A stretch of DNA of 64,000 nucleotides from Botryllus schlosseri (taxonomy: Eukaryota): NCBI GenBank assembly GCA_051294905.1, contig CM119386.1, positions 13,764,001 through 13,828,000 on the forward strand. Direction: 5' to 3'. Shown piece by piece: positions 38,401 to 53,400 of the stretch. The notes under the pieces are model-generated. The model searched no databases. It was given only the letters and a program-made list of their open reading frames with translations, and was not told the DNA's origin. A program made the translations under genes and the position numbers. Numbering within the stretch: position 1 is the stretch's first letter; each line of letters begins with the position of its first letter.

Positions 38401-41400
38401 TTAGCTCAGTAGGTAGATTTAACGAACTAAAATCTCGCATTACAAAAATATTGTTCCAAGTTCTATACATCATCCCTGGCAGCTATGCTTTTTAATTTGG
38501 TTATCATAAGGACACAATAGCTAGTGCCATCGGCACTTATTTCTGTCGATGTTCAGGTCACCCGTCAAGAAGATTCAGTGCAATACTCATGCTTATCTAT
38601 TCATATTGCTGCGAAAAACAAGAACGTAATCATATCCACCCATGAGAATATCTTCAATCATATGGGTGAGATGCATATGCGATTTTGAATTGCTTGTGGC
38701 ATATATGAAAATGAAATCATATCGCAAACTGTGTTGGATGATACTTTTCAAAGTTTGTTGGCTTTGCATGTATATCCTGTTGTTTTTTTTCGACACAGAT
38801 TGTGTTGTTTATCGCATGTGATATTTTTATTGGGATGTCGGGCTTATTTTTGTTGTTCAAAAATAATGCTGTTTTTGTATCGTAAAGCAGTCTTCTTACA
38901 TGCCTAGATGATGCTAGTTGTCAAATTAAATTGATTGGACTGAGTTGTCGGTAATCTAGGTCTAGCGTAATTTGTGAAATGTTTCCATGCTCTAGTTTTA
39001 ATTCTGGTCAAATTTCTGATTCTTCTGAAAATACCACAGGAGAACTGTGTAGTGAGAAACAAGCCAAGCTTAGCTTTGCGACATTTACCATTTTCATGCT
39101 TAGTTTTGAGCCTTTCAGCGTAGAAATCAATGTCTCCCTGGTCCTTATCTTAGCTCTGACTGACATACTGGTAATGTTGTGTAACCCATTTACCTGGTGA
39201 CTTGACTTATGATCAATCAAAGGTCCAGGAGACTTGGAACCCGGATCCGAGCTCATATCTGCGATGGCTAGCTTTTCAACAGACAATTTGTTACACGAAG
39301 CACGCTGGCACCATTTAGTCGTCGTCATGACTAAAGCGACCGTGCTGAAACATAGTACCGCGGTCGTTTATCTCAACGGGAAACAACTCGGCTCTGCTAA
39401 GGTACCTTGTTTCTTTGCTGTGTAATGTTTACGTTTGTACGAATAGCGACTAAACTTTTTTGTCTGAGTAACAACAAAATGGGTAAAAATTATGTTTCGG
39501 TAAAATCCAATTCTGAATATAATATCGTCAAGCCCACATTTCAACTACAGTGGTGCAGTAAAACTTCTTGCCCCTTCCAAGGAAATTATTTTATGTAAGG
39601 AGCTAATAACAGAGGTGTTCACTGATCAGTGACAAAGTGCTTGAGTGGGTATGGGACCGTCCAAAAGCGGTCCGCAAATATTGGAAAATTCTGAGGGTAT
39701 GCATTACAAATGTCTAAAAATCTCCTAAATTATAATGGAATTAGCCTTAAACGGAACCAAGACATCAGACACTCTCTGCCTTCTGTTTTCAGTTGAGATA
39801 CATTCACAACAGCCCAGGCGGCAATGCGTCAAACGTAGCAAACGCCACTGTCCAAGTGATGGGCTACATCGGAACGCCACCTTGCCTACGTGCGGAATCG
39901 ACCCTTCTGTGGCGATTAGCGTCGTTGCATATTGCGGACGACTCATCGTACACGACGGCAGCTAACATCCTCTCGCAGCACTGGCTGGGTCCGTCTTATG
40001 TCGGAAACTTTCAATCGGTGAAGTTGTCAGGTGGGTTTCGCGTTGGAGATGTGTGCATGTTTTTACGATCTGATATCTCGACTGTTTGCAGACGGAAATT
40101 TCGGACCTCTGCTCACCGAGGAACACGTTTGCTTCTCGCTGCACGCTCACGCCTGCGAGACCGCGTCCTGTTTAAGACTCCGACGGCAGAGTCATAAAGT
40201 CGACAGTAAATCGATCGCAACAGAGGTTCGTTGTTGTTGCGGCAAGATACTGCGGAGCGTATCAGTATGTGTAGCTTATCAGTATTGCTTATTAGTATGG
40301 AATTGTATCTGAAGCGAGGTTGCGAACCACAGATCTATACAAACTGGCTTGGCACAGTGTTCATATAAAACGCAGACTCCGTACTTTCGTCGGTCCCAGC
40401 TAAGATGCAGTGAACATTGTCTGTACAGTAACAAAGATTCTGCTGCAATTAATGTTCTACCCGGGAAATTGTTTTCATTCCAGCTACATTTGAGCGTTAA
40501 TGACGGGCTGACTCCAATTTTACTGATTCGAAACTCGTGCCTGCACATGCCTGGAGCTGCAAGGGCTATCGGAGCCGTGACTGTCTTCGATCAGGCATCT
40601 GCTGCCGTACGTAGCTTTGCGCCTGGACCGATTTCAAGAGTGCTGCAGGTAAAACGCGCACCCCATGTTACCAAAAGCTTAGTTTCAGCACTTGGTATTC
40701 CGGCAGAACGTTGGAGGCACGGCCATCATACTCAATCTCGTCTCCATGGCCACCGACGTGGAAGGACTTTATGCCGCTGTAAAGAGTTTGGTTTGCATCG
40801 TGAAAAATAACGAAGCGGCCGCCATGGAAATGGACAAGAAGAGAGGATATCAAGTCGGTTATCTATCATTTCTCTTTGATAGGTTCAGGGTGGACATGCA
40901 GTTTTGTATGCTTGTGACACTTCAAGTGTGTTTGGACTAGTTCTACTTCTACTAAACAATGTCTTGATCATAATTGCTCAGTTTTTTCGTTTTGTATTTT
41001 GTCAAGTAAAAAGTAGTTTCTAAATAAGTTCTTGAGCGAAATTGTTATCGTAACAAGTAAAACGACCATACGAAGTAACCCCTATATCACGCTGCAACTT
41101 TTTATAAGCCATAAAGATGAATGTTCAGCATGCGAGTATCCAGCTCCTCCTTAAACTAATTGAAACTACTTGCTTGGGCATCCTACAGACCTTCTGCTTG
41201 AAGTAATTTTGACATAACTTGGAAGTACATTAACCTGGGTAGCAATGGCTAATGCTTTGACCGCCACAACATCCATTGCAAGAATGCATTATTGTTCTAC
41301 TTTTTGTGTGCCTCTGTCCTGGCTCGTTCTTCTGATTGTTATACATCATATCTTATAATATCGGTTTCACTTTGGAATCTGTTTGAAATCCTTCAGTGCC

Positions 41401-44400
41401 GATCACTTATGATACAAGGCACCCAAAAAGTCTCGTAGTTATAATGAATGTATTCTTGCAATCGATATTGTGATGAGAGCAATTTGGTCTGTGGCGAAAT
41501 CCTGCTATATAGACATATATGTCAAGCTAGTTTTCTCTTTCAGCTCATCAATTGATTGTTTCAGGCTTTGGCGATGCATTTGAGACGGAAAAGGCACTTG
41601 CTCAACTCTCACGTTCTGCATCTCGCGTATTCGCTAGCCGGCACTGTAGACGCAGGACGCGAATCGGCGTTCATTCCAAACGTGACGGCTTTCGAAGATC
41701 TGCTCTGCGATCTTGAGGTGATTTTTAGTTTTCTCTACTATCTTGTTATATTGGGAAGTAATTTGAAACAACGCGATTGGCGTTAAATGGCAATGATAAC
41801 TCGCTCTGAATGAGTTAATACAGCACCTTTTCCAAATCATGTACCACGCCCCACCTCCGACAACACCCAGACGTTGTAAATGTAATCTCCAGGTTGAATA
41901 GCTACTAATAACTTGTTTTCTAGAAGTCTGCTCTAGCAGAGCAGATCATATCAGCGGGTTCGTTGGTGTTCGTCATACCTGGCTCACAGCAAGTTGATTT
42001 GGAGTGAAAAACTAATACCCCACTTCAATTATGTATTCATATCCAGTATCGACGGTGCCCCAGTGCGCCATTAACTACCTTTGCTAGATAGGATATGTAT
42101 TTCAAGTGACCCTTCCCGTTACAGAACTTCAATATACAATTGAATAATATATTCATATTGAAATCAACTGGTCAGATATATACAAAGTTGTATTCCATTA
42201 TCTACTAATTGCTGACGATTACCCCTTATGAGTATCATATTATTCAATTATATATTGAAGTTCTGTACATACAAGAGTCTCTTTTAAAACTCTAGAGCTT
42301 TTGATATTATTGCAATCTTCTCTTTGCACCAAGAAAGTCCACGGAATACTCAACTTATATATTGGCGACTTGAATTAATGTATTTTGCTGATAACATTCT
42401 TTTCAGTTGTTTGCTTTGGTGACATTTTATTTTTTTAAACAGGTGTGGCACAACGCTCCCGACGAATTGCACAAGTCTCTCCTCGAACACATTTATGAGC
42501 TACTGACTGAGTCCAGGTATGGATTACCCATTGTGTAGTTGCTTCTCGCCTCCATTATAATTTTCTACCTTTGCAGCGACACCGGTGCTAATTGCTTGAT
42601 CATCAACGAACGAGATATGGTGAAGCGTTGCCTGCATTTTTTACTCGCTGACGCATCGCTGTCGTACGGCACCGTACAAATTGTGTTTCGAATATTGGAG
42701 GTCCTTCTGAAATGTCCCGGAAACAATTCCAACTTACTGAGGTGAGACGGCTGTGTAAATCGCCATATGATATGACGCTAATCTGTCGTTCAGAGTGACA
42801 AAACTAATGAGAATTGTTATGATATTATTATTGGTGTGCATAGAGCGATACTGAACGCGTTTTTCTGTTGCACATATTGAAATCCAACGCATGACAAGTA
42901 TATTTTGCTGGAAATAACTTTCATCTCGGGTTACCGACCGATGAAGGTCAAAGCAAACAATTTAAAAATCATCTCTTTGGGTAATTTTGGGCTAAAGCTG
43001 GCAGTTATAGATGCTAGCACTTACGAATGATTACTGGTGAAGCTTTGAGCTTCCGATAATATGAAGAATATCTGACACGTAAACCTTGCGCTATTTGGCA
43101 GGTTCGGACAGTTTCTCGTCATGTTGCTGCCTCCCGTCAACCAAAGCGAGAAGCAATTAAAGTTAGACAACGCCGACATTGCAAGCGATTTCAAGACGTC
43201 TAATTCTACCGGAGGTAAGGAGTATTTTTATACAAATCCGAAGGTAACGAAACGAATTTGATTTCAGCGGAATACTATTTTTTCTGTTATGGTGATAGTG
43301 AGAAGTAAAGTTGAATCTGAAAAAATCATCAGTATCTGGGATCCTGACTCTGTTTTGTTTGGTTGAGTGTAAACTGCGAATGGCCTTCATTCCACTTACA
43401 GAAACTGTCCGATTATCTTCGAAGCCTGTGTGTGCGCGTAACATCCGTATCAGAAACATGGGCTTGAGCCTGCTGCGCCAGGGTCTTCATGACGGCAACA
43501 CAGGAGAGCCCGACACAAGGTTCGTTTCTCAACGGTAAACTTAGATGTAGTTTACGTTTGAATCTCTGCTTACACTTGTAACTGATGAAGGGTATTCGAG
43601 TTGAATTAATTATATTCAAATTAATGTAGTCTTGAGGGCACTATTCAATTATAAGTAGAAGTAACTAATTTTAACTAAATTTATGACCGTGGGTTGATTC
43701 AGTAATAGAGAAATTTCATGTACTCGACTGAATAATAGTTCATAATATATATGTTAATGACAAACATACGTACGTTGTACATGGACGAACGTTACGGTAA
43801 TATAAAGGTAACCCGAGTGGCGAGTAATACCGTATTTCTTTGTTTCAGCTTTTGCGACGAGCTTCAATATACCTTGGGTTGGGATTGGATGCTGCTCTTT
43901 CTCAACGAATACGTCCACGACTCTACCATTGTCGAGGCCACTCTACTGCTGCTGGAAGCTTTGAGGTTTGCGCTTGGAATTTTCAAATTTTGTTTTTTCT
44001 GTGTGTGTTCTAGTCAGACTTTGACAAAGAGATAGTTCTAAGTATACGTCAGTGATCTAATTTGTGAAATGCTTCTATATACTGTAATTTTAATTCTAAA
44101 TAATAATTTCATCATTTCAAAACACCACAAGACTGCAAGACTGTGATACAATAATGGACTTGGAGTAGTCTTGGCAATAAGACACCCAACCGGGCTTATG
44201 TAATGTAAATAAGAGGGCATGCACTCCGATTTGACATGAACTAAACTTGGTTCTTGTTGCATTTCTTTCAATTCTGGAATTTTAATTCAATAATTTTAAT
44301 TATAATCAAATTTGGAAAAAAACTGTAGCTATCATTCTAATTCTAATCTAAATTAGAAAAGATGTAAATTTTCTAGTTCCTTCAACTGTGGTTCAGGTGC

Positions 44401-47400
44401 GGTTCCTCCGGCACTAAGAGCTCTCACACGTACTCTGTGTCGACCGGGTCGCTGTCCGCTGCTGCGCTGTCAACCCCGGCATCAATCGTAGCAGCGGGTA
44501 TTGGCGCATCAAACTCTACTGCCCCGACACACAGCTCGGCGTACGAACGGTTTAAGCACGGGGAATTGTTTGGCGGTTGGCTGGCCGGGACGGAGGCTAT
44601 CTTGAAGAACATGGAGGAATCTTTGCTCGGTAAGTCAGTGTTGTGATTGGGATATGGGATGAGCTGGGGCTTATTGAATTCTTCTCATGATGAGTGTCAG
44701 TGGGACGCTTCCATCATTGCCGACTACGCTAGTATTGGAAATTAGTGTCCCGGCCCATATTTACTGCAAAGGGGGCCGAATAATTGGTTGGTGGCTTTGA
44801 ACTCAAATATAAGGTTGGGTTGTCAGTACCTGGGAATGAAAATGAGAATAAGATTTTAGTTGGCGTCAAAATCGAGTCGGAGACAAGAACCCCTCTCCCT
44901 TTATAGATATGCTCAGTGGCTTTGTTTTGGAAGTCATATATTCCGTTCGAACTCTGGCCGCAGATTCGGTAAGCGGAAGCGTCCCGCAGGGTTGTAACCA
45001 AGTCACAAGGCTCCGAGTCGCGAGTCAATCTCACTTTCATCGTTTCGACTCGAGTCAAGTCGAGTCATTTTCAATTCACCACCGAGTCAAGTCCAAGTCA
45101 GTGAGGAGAGGGTTGAGTCCGAGTCACGGTGTTATGACTCGAGTCTGAGTCCAAGTCATTGCGTTGACAGCTCAGTTTCCAGTTAAAGTCTTGTTAAACC
45201 CACTTTTTATGTCACTTTGGTGATATCGAATTGCTCGCATTTATAAGATACTGATTTTCCTCAATTATATTGTCAAATGAATTGTATTGTCTGCTAAGTC
45301 TGCTTAGCGTTCGCGTATTGTTGGATATAGGCTGCTTCTAAACAGTTTGGAACAAGACTTGCAGCATTGTGATGTAGGATGAGTTGAAAGTAAATCGCAA
45401 ACTCTACATTCAGAAAGCGTTCTAAACTACTAAAGTCTTCAATGTCTTGCACTTTCCGATTGCGAATAACATTGAAATATATCGAGCAGTCTGGCTGGAA
45501 AGCTGACGTTGACCGGCGGCTGAGAAGCACTGATCTAGAGCAATTAAATAATTATTGCAAATTTTTTCTGTATTTAAACCTCCTATTTCTTGCACGCCCT
45601 GATTTGTATCTTGAGATACATTAACTTATCCTGTGTTCAGGCTTCAACGTAGGCTCCGGCGAGGACATGGAATATCACCGACAGGTTTTTCGCGACGCGT
45701 GCCCCGGACCCGGTTTCCAGTTGTTGACTTACAACTTGCTGCGGCACATGGACTCGCCCCGGTTGTATATCGCGTTGCTACAGTTTGCCGTGTCTGACAA
45801 GATGACGGAGCCACCGCCCACGGACAAGGTGAGGCTTTGATTTCAAAGTGTAAAGCTAGCGATTTCTAGAGATGCCCTACGTAACTGAGAACGAGAAGTG
45901 TATATTAAAAAATGTCATGCGATCATGCCAAGTAAAGTGAAGGCCCGTAATCTAGTTGTAATGTTTACTGTAGAGTTGCCATAACCACCTTTCATTACCT
46001 TCTCACATATTAAAGAATCATTTCTCACTCTTTGACTCAAATCATTACAAATATTTGGTGATGCGATTGTTGATATGCGATGTTCTTTTCAATTCTCTAC
46101 TAGTTGCTGACCATTACCCCTGACGTCGGAAATATTCGGGTTTATTTCAATATCGACATAATAATCAATTGTATATTGAAGTTCTGCACCTCCAAGATGC
46201 TCATTGCAATAATCGATTTGCATTTGTGCACTTCAATCATTGTGCCCAACCAAAAAAAATTACTTTGATTGTGTTTAAATCCCATTACAGGACCATAAAC
46301 AATGGTCCATATCCATAATTACTTGCCTACATGGTACCAACGGCAGTGTCATGTAAATTTCAACCCTCTCAAAGAGCACTCCGACCCAATGACATATTAT
46401 TAATGTCTGAAAATGCGTCGAAAAACATCATTTGATGACAAACTTTTCAAGTCAAGATTCAAGTCACAACTTTGTCATGCAGTGTAAACTATACCGAATA
46501 AAGTAAATTTAAGTAGTCTGCTATGTGACTATGTCAGTTGTGTTTTGTAGATCGATCTGGACACGATGTACGAACTGATATTCGGTCACAACGCCTCTTC
46601 AGGGCCGACCAGCCCTAGAAGCAAACTGAAGACGAGCGTCAGTTTCAGCGGTCCTAGCATATCCCCCCAAAACAACACGGCCATGTGTGTGGAAGTGTTT
46701 CAAGTCATTCTGTCGATGGTCCGCAGTATGATAAACAAGGTAAGAGAATTTGTGTTGCCGTCCCAGCCATTGCTAGCTCAGATTCATCAGTACTAACTGT
46801 GGCGTAGCCAGGAGCGAGTTTTTTTGGGTCCGAACCCGTCTTATTTCAAACTTGTTCTGATGTCGATGTTGAAAACCAATCCAATTTCGATCACACATGA
46901 TTGTTGATATGCAATGTTCTTCCCAATTCTCTACTTATGCATGCCACCATTATATGTACAGGACTGGATGAAGGAGTCCAGCAAGCATTGGATTCAGACG
47001 TACCCCATCGTCATGCTGCAGACGTTCATATTTATCTATCAGTTCGACTATAACAGCCTGGCGTCAGCGTTTGTGACTCCGGACTTTCTCTCCTATCTCT
47101 GCTCCACTGTCTTTCCGCGGCAGGAAGATGATGATTTTTACGTAAGTCTGTTAGGGCATTGGCATTTTTACGTTTGCATTCTCGGACAATATTATCATTG
47201 CCGGGGCTGGGTTATCATGGTCATGAGGTGACTCCCAAAATTTTTTAAACGTAACCTATGTGGAAACTCCACTGAGAGAGACTTTCGTCGTGAAATAAAT
47301 CAAATCTCAAATGCAATTTAAAGCACTTTCGACAGGCATTGAATGCAACCGGATATAGCCTATGTCACAAGTTCAGATTCGGACGCCTAGAAATTTTTAC

Positions 47401-50400
47401 CGATTAAATTGGATATGAATTAGAATTATAGCCGCACAGATTGTTTCAAATTAGATTAGAATTACTGAATTTGCAAAACAAAGAAAATTGAATTGAGTTC
47501 CGAATTAAAAAAGATGTCTTGGCTAATTGGAAATCGAACGTTTTCCAGATGCCAGCAACCGTGGACCCGACCTCATCCTCGTCAACGGACCAGCCGTCTC
47601 CAGCTGCGTCACCCACTGAGCAACACCGGGGCAGCGTTTCCTCCAAGGGGGCGCTGTTATCAACCCACCCGTGCAGAAAATTCATATTCAACCTGCTTCA
47701 ACATATTGTGTTCGATTCTCTGTCGCTTCCCTCCTCGAACGCAGGGAAGCATGGACAAGTTGTTGACCTAATACTAGAGGTAGATCCAACACTGTTGTCT
47801 AACAACCCAAAAACTGTTTGATTAGGTATAGATCAGTGGCTCTTAGCCAGGGTTGTAATGACTCGAGTCATAACTCGATTCAAGTCACGATTTTCTGATG
47901 ACTCGACTTGACTCGAGTCATTTTCTCAAAATACGGAAATGACTCGGCTCGAGTGAATTTGTCTATTGACTCGACTTGGACTCGAGTCATTGCACATGAC
48001 CTGAGACTCAGACCTCCAAGATCGATTTAACGCAGAGCGAATGTTTGTAGTTGTGTAATTGTATATCTGACTCCAAGAAGGCTGCGTTTACAATTCGCTG
48101 CGTGTTTCTTCTTTCGTTCGACGACCGGCGTAACCACGCCGTACGACCTTGTTGGCTGACGTACCACCAAGCCTGTCTCTTGCACACGTATTCGATGGAT
48201 CACACTGACGAATATTTTTTTGTTTCCGTCTCCCCGACTTGTAACTTTATTGAATGTCACGTACGGTTCAAAATGCAATATATTTATGAACGTCTATCGA
48301 CTTCCGAATCATCAAAATAACCATGAATGTATATCGACTTCCGAGTTAGCTAATAATCACCAATGCATGCATCAATGTCTCTACGTGGTATTACACACGT
48401 ATATCTCGAATAGCCACGAGATTACATGCACCAAACATCGTACGATTTAATTCACACGACAAATAGACGACTCACGAAGGTCTTTCGGGTTTTCACTTCA
48501 GGGAATTGGGTAAGGTTCACAACACTCTCTATTGCTCAAATCTTAAAATGGCGTGAACAATATATTTCGTTAAAATCGACATTTCATTGTAATTTCGAAG
48601 AATAGCGAAGTAACCACACCATTGGGATTTCGTCTATTGGTACTGCCGTGCTGGTACTTGAAAAGAGTGAAAAATTAGTATACTATAAATGCGAACCATT
48701 CGATATCACAAAACAGAGTTATAAAAAGTGGGCTTAACAAGACTTTAACTTGAAACCGAGCAGTCAACTCAATGGCTTGGACTCGGACTGGAGTCATAAT
48801 AGCATGACTAAAACTCGACCCTCTGCTTGCTGACATGGAGTCGGACTTGACTCGGAGTCACAAGTCAATCTCACTTTTATAGTTCTGACTCGAGTCAAGT
48901 CGAGTCATTTTCAATTCACCATCGAGTCGAGTCCCAGTCAGTGAGTAGAGAGGCGAGTCCGAGTCATAGCGCTGTGACTCGAGTGTGAGTCCAAGTCATT
49001 ATGTTCACTGTTGAGTTTTGAGTTTTATCCGGTTCAATCCACTACTCGAGTGATATAGAATTGCTCGCATTCATAACATCGTAATTTTCCTCAGTCATAA
49101 CAGTTTCTGGCTCGATTTCCCAAGTATCAGGACTGATAGACGAAATAACGATCACGTGGTGACTTTACTATTCTTTGCAGTGGCAATAAAATGTCTGTCT
49201 TGGCTGTCCTTGTCTCGAGTCAAGACACAAAATGACTCGAGTCAAGTCTAGTCACCAAGAAATTGTGACTTGAGTCATTATAACCGTGGTATTAACCGAT
49301 TATCGGATTTTGTTACTGTGTTCTGTCTGCTAGCGTAGGTACATCAAATGGCGTTAGTTTACTGGCGCTTCATGCGTACAAAGTTTTTTGACCCGTTGCA
49401 ATCAGGCGAGTGTAATTTCGCAACTGTTTATTTGCACTAGATCATTTTTAAAATCTGCTTTCAAGACTATAATCGAGATTGCTTTTCTTCTCAGTTCTCT
49501 CCGCAACGTTGCACCGTGGCTCAGCTGAAAGAATTCCAAACCGACGTCATCGATCATCTTTTCGCGAACCTCATCGACGCCGAGCCCTTCATGGGCGAAA
49601 GCGGGGTTCTGCTAAGTCACGGATCGCACGCTCACCCCACGAGCAAAAAGAGCCAGTCCAACAGCGCGGCGTACGACAATATCCAGCAGAACGTCGCGTA
49701 TTTTACGTCGAGAGTGGTGGACAGGCTTTGGCAAGGTAAAAGGCTTTATACCGGGGGTGATTTTGGGTTGCCGATGCGTAGAGCTTGCCATGAACGCCCT
49801 TTCCCGCCAAGTTATATTATCACCCTGGAAACCTTGTCGCAGCATCAACAACGGTCCCATCCTCGCTTGACCTTGCCTTCCGTTCTTGTTCAGGCATGTA
49901 TAATCACGATGCAAGAAAACTGTTTGAAAACATTCGAAAATTGCTGTTCCAAGCCAAAAATAAAGGTGAGGAAATCATGTGGTCATCTGTGCTAAAATAT
50001 TTAAATTTGTACTTGAAACGTTGCGAGTTGTGATATGAGAACCCGAGAATTGTGTCTGTTTGCAATATTTATTCCATACTGCTGTATTGCAGGTGTGCGT
50101 TGCACGCAGGCTGTTATCGATAGCCTGTTCAGAAGCTTGTACCGCGTCGTTCTCTACCAACTGAGCAGGCAGCATCAGAGCATCTCGGAGCAAATGACGG
50201 TGCTCGACGCCCTTCACAATTTGACTAATAACAGGTGCGTGTGGAGATTTGTGGCATTATGTAGTTTATATGGTACCTAATTCGTTGGTTTTCAGATGAA
50301 TATTCGATGAAAAAACTAGTCTGATTTTTTAAATTTTGGATCAAAGTGGTCAATTCCTTAAAACCGCACATAAACAGTCGGAAGTTTTCGTGTGTGAGAT

Positions 50401-53400
50401 TGCAAGTCTGTAGTATATCCAATCAATTGAATCATATATTCATATTGAAATAAGCCCGAATATTGTCGGCTGACACTCGTCAGGGGTAATCGTCAGCAAC
50501 TAGTAGAGAATTGAAAAGAACTTCGTATATCAACAATCGTGACAAGGGCAGTTATGTTTTATTACAATTATTTTCCATTTATTCATGTTTTTTATGTTCT
50601 TTATTACACTATACAGAGAGTTGATCTTCGAAAACAGACGACACGACCAGCTGTTTCTCAGCGGACTCTGCCATTGCCTATTCATGCTTGCAAGTGACAG
50701 GTATGTATATTGCCATACCACCGTAATAACAAGTTACGGTAGATGCCTCGCAATTTCAGTGACGGCGTTGGATTCGGAGTGGAAGATGAGCCAAGGCAAA
50801 CCACGTGGCATGTCAATATCGGCAGCCATGATTCAGAGAGCGCAGCAGTCAAGAACAAAGGTTGTTAATTTGATGTCACTTTTAGCACGACTTAGTCAAT
50901 TTTATCTTTTTTCATCAGCGAAAGCCTATTTATTTTGTAATTAATGGGGAGGTGTAGATTAATGCAGAGACAGAACAGTGTGTGCACACTGCACAGTTAA
51001 CTTCGCGCTTACCAATGATAACTGACGGGAATTGCTAATTTTATGTTGTCTGCCACCATATAATGATGGGTTATGGAATATGGGCTAATCATTTGAGGCT
51101 CAAGTTTTGGTAACCGTCCATATTTTGAAATAAACCCCTTCGGCATACCGGAAACTTCTCGTGATCTTGTGCAGAGTGTGTCTTTTGCATTTTGTTATGC
51201 TATGCTCAACTATATTCTTAGCTGAAGGATTATTTCTGCGTGTTGCAGCATGCCACCTTTTTATGAGTCGAGTTTTTGACAAGCCTGCAACTGCATAGGT
51301 ATATTTGGTGGTACGGTTGTTGATGCACAATGTTCTTTCCAATTCTGTAGTTGCTGCTGACGATTACCCCTGACGAGTGTCAGCCGAATATATTCGGGTT
51401 CATTTTAATATGAATATATAATATTTATTTGTGTATTGAAGCTGCGTATCTCCAAGAAGCTCTGCATTGGTGTTTTGCGCAGGTAACTCACCTGAGAACC
51501 TACCAGGACAACCTGTGTCACCACAGGAAAAAGGGAAGCTTCTACTTTCCAAAGCCGCGGCTAGAGTTTGGACGGAATTGATGACTTCCAAAAAGCAAGC
51601 TATAGAAGATATTTATAAAGTGAGTGTAACTTCTACTAGTCCGCGATTTGATTTCAAATTAATTGCCACCTAAAATCTTAAATCTGTTATTGGAAAGATA
51701 TTTTCCCTATTGTAAAGCGTCGGTAGAATTGATGCGATGCCCCGTGTTACATTTTCAGGTGCAGTTTTACGATTTGGGCTCGAGTCAATCCACTCTGGAT
51801 TCGGCTAGGACGAAAGTGAAGGAGGTGGCTGGCAAAATGTGGTCCGGATATTTGGCTTTGGAGAAAAAGGGACAGGCCGGTACCAAGGAAATTGTGAACA
51901 TCAGCGTAAGTAGCATTGTTACGGATAAAATTCATTGCTGTTCCGATTGTAGTTGTGACTCGAGTCAAGTCGAGTCTTTTTCAATTCACCACCGAGTCAA
52001 GTCCGAGTCCAAGTCAACTAGTAGACGGTCGATTCCGAGACATAGTGTTGTGACTCCAGTTCAAGTCATTATGTTCACTGTTCAGTTAAGTCCGGTTCAA
52101 CCCACTTTTTTCAATTCGACTCGAGTGATATAGAATAGCTCACATTCATAATATAGTAATTTTCATCGATCTTTGCAGTTTCTGACCCCTTTTTCCAAGT
52201 ATCAGGACTGATAGACTAAATACCAATAATGTGGTAACTTTATTGTTCTTCGAAGTTACAATGGAATGTATGTCTTGGCCGATGGCCGTCCTAGTCTCGA
52301 GTCATACGACTTGGTTCGAGTCATACACAATGACTTGAGTACAAGTCGAGTCAATATAACAATTGACTCAAGTTGAGTCATTTTACGCATTCGAAAAAAT
52401 GTCTCGCGTAAAGTCGAGTCAACAAAAAATTGCGAATCGAGTCGGACTCGAGTTGGGTCATGACTGAGTCATTACAACCCTCGCTCTGGTATAACCGGAG
52501 GTGATCAAAGTAGCCAGCTTTGCTACATGAGTAGAAGTGGGGTAATGCCGTCAACCTTTACTCAAAATACAAGTAGAAATAGCTTTTCCAAGACATGTCT
52601 AATCTATTTAAAGTGAAGGTTGAAAATCAATGGTCTTGAAAGTATTTGAGTCAGCTTTGGTCGAGAGTTTCATACCTTGCCACGTTAATCAGAGATGGCT
52701 AATTAGGCTATTTTTCGAAATGAAAGACGTATCTTCGTGGCAATGCAGAATGTCTAATTACCCACAAATAAGGCGAAATCTCCGAAAATATATTCAATTA
52801 CCGTGCTGCAAGAGTCATTTCACGCTGTTCTCTGGACAATTTCATTCGTAAAAGCAATGCAAACTTGTACCAAAACTACTTTTTGCTTTTCAAAATCCAA
52901 ATTTAAAAAAGTAAGTAGTTTTGCTTGAAGACTGTGATCCAAGTAAGTATTCTAGGCCTAGTTTTAACTGAGAACCAGGAATAGTCTACAATTGTTAACG
53001 CTTGAGTATTTTGTGTACTTGCATACTGACCGTTTCTGTATATACCTCGATATTCTCTTGCTATAGGACCTATACAGATAGAAAGTGATCATCATCCGCT
53101 TCCTATCCATTGCTGTTCTTCCTAGCAGGCTTACATCGGTTATATTTTTTACCGCAGAAACTAGCAAAAAAGGTGACGAGTCTCGCGTTAATGGGAGCCA
53201 GCAGAAAGTCGCGGAAGGATATCACGAGCAAAGCCAACAAGCAGTTTTCAATACAGGTAGGTCATCATTAGCTGCTGTGTTCGGGCGACTTGTAATAACC
53301 TTTTTGTATATTTTGCACTGTGCAATCGTGCGTAGAAGAGTCTGAAACCGCTTATTATGCTCTGATTTCAGTTTACATGGAAGATATTCATATTATACCG

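Noticed and set aside
53158-53257. Reading frame ETSKKGDESRV... suggested by the ORF track
   Set aside because: Phase does not fit the neighbouring exons; the frame KLAKKVTSLALMGASRKSRK fits both phases and the homolog.
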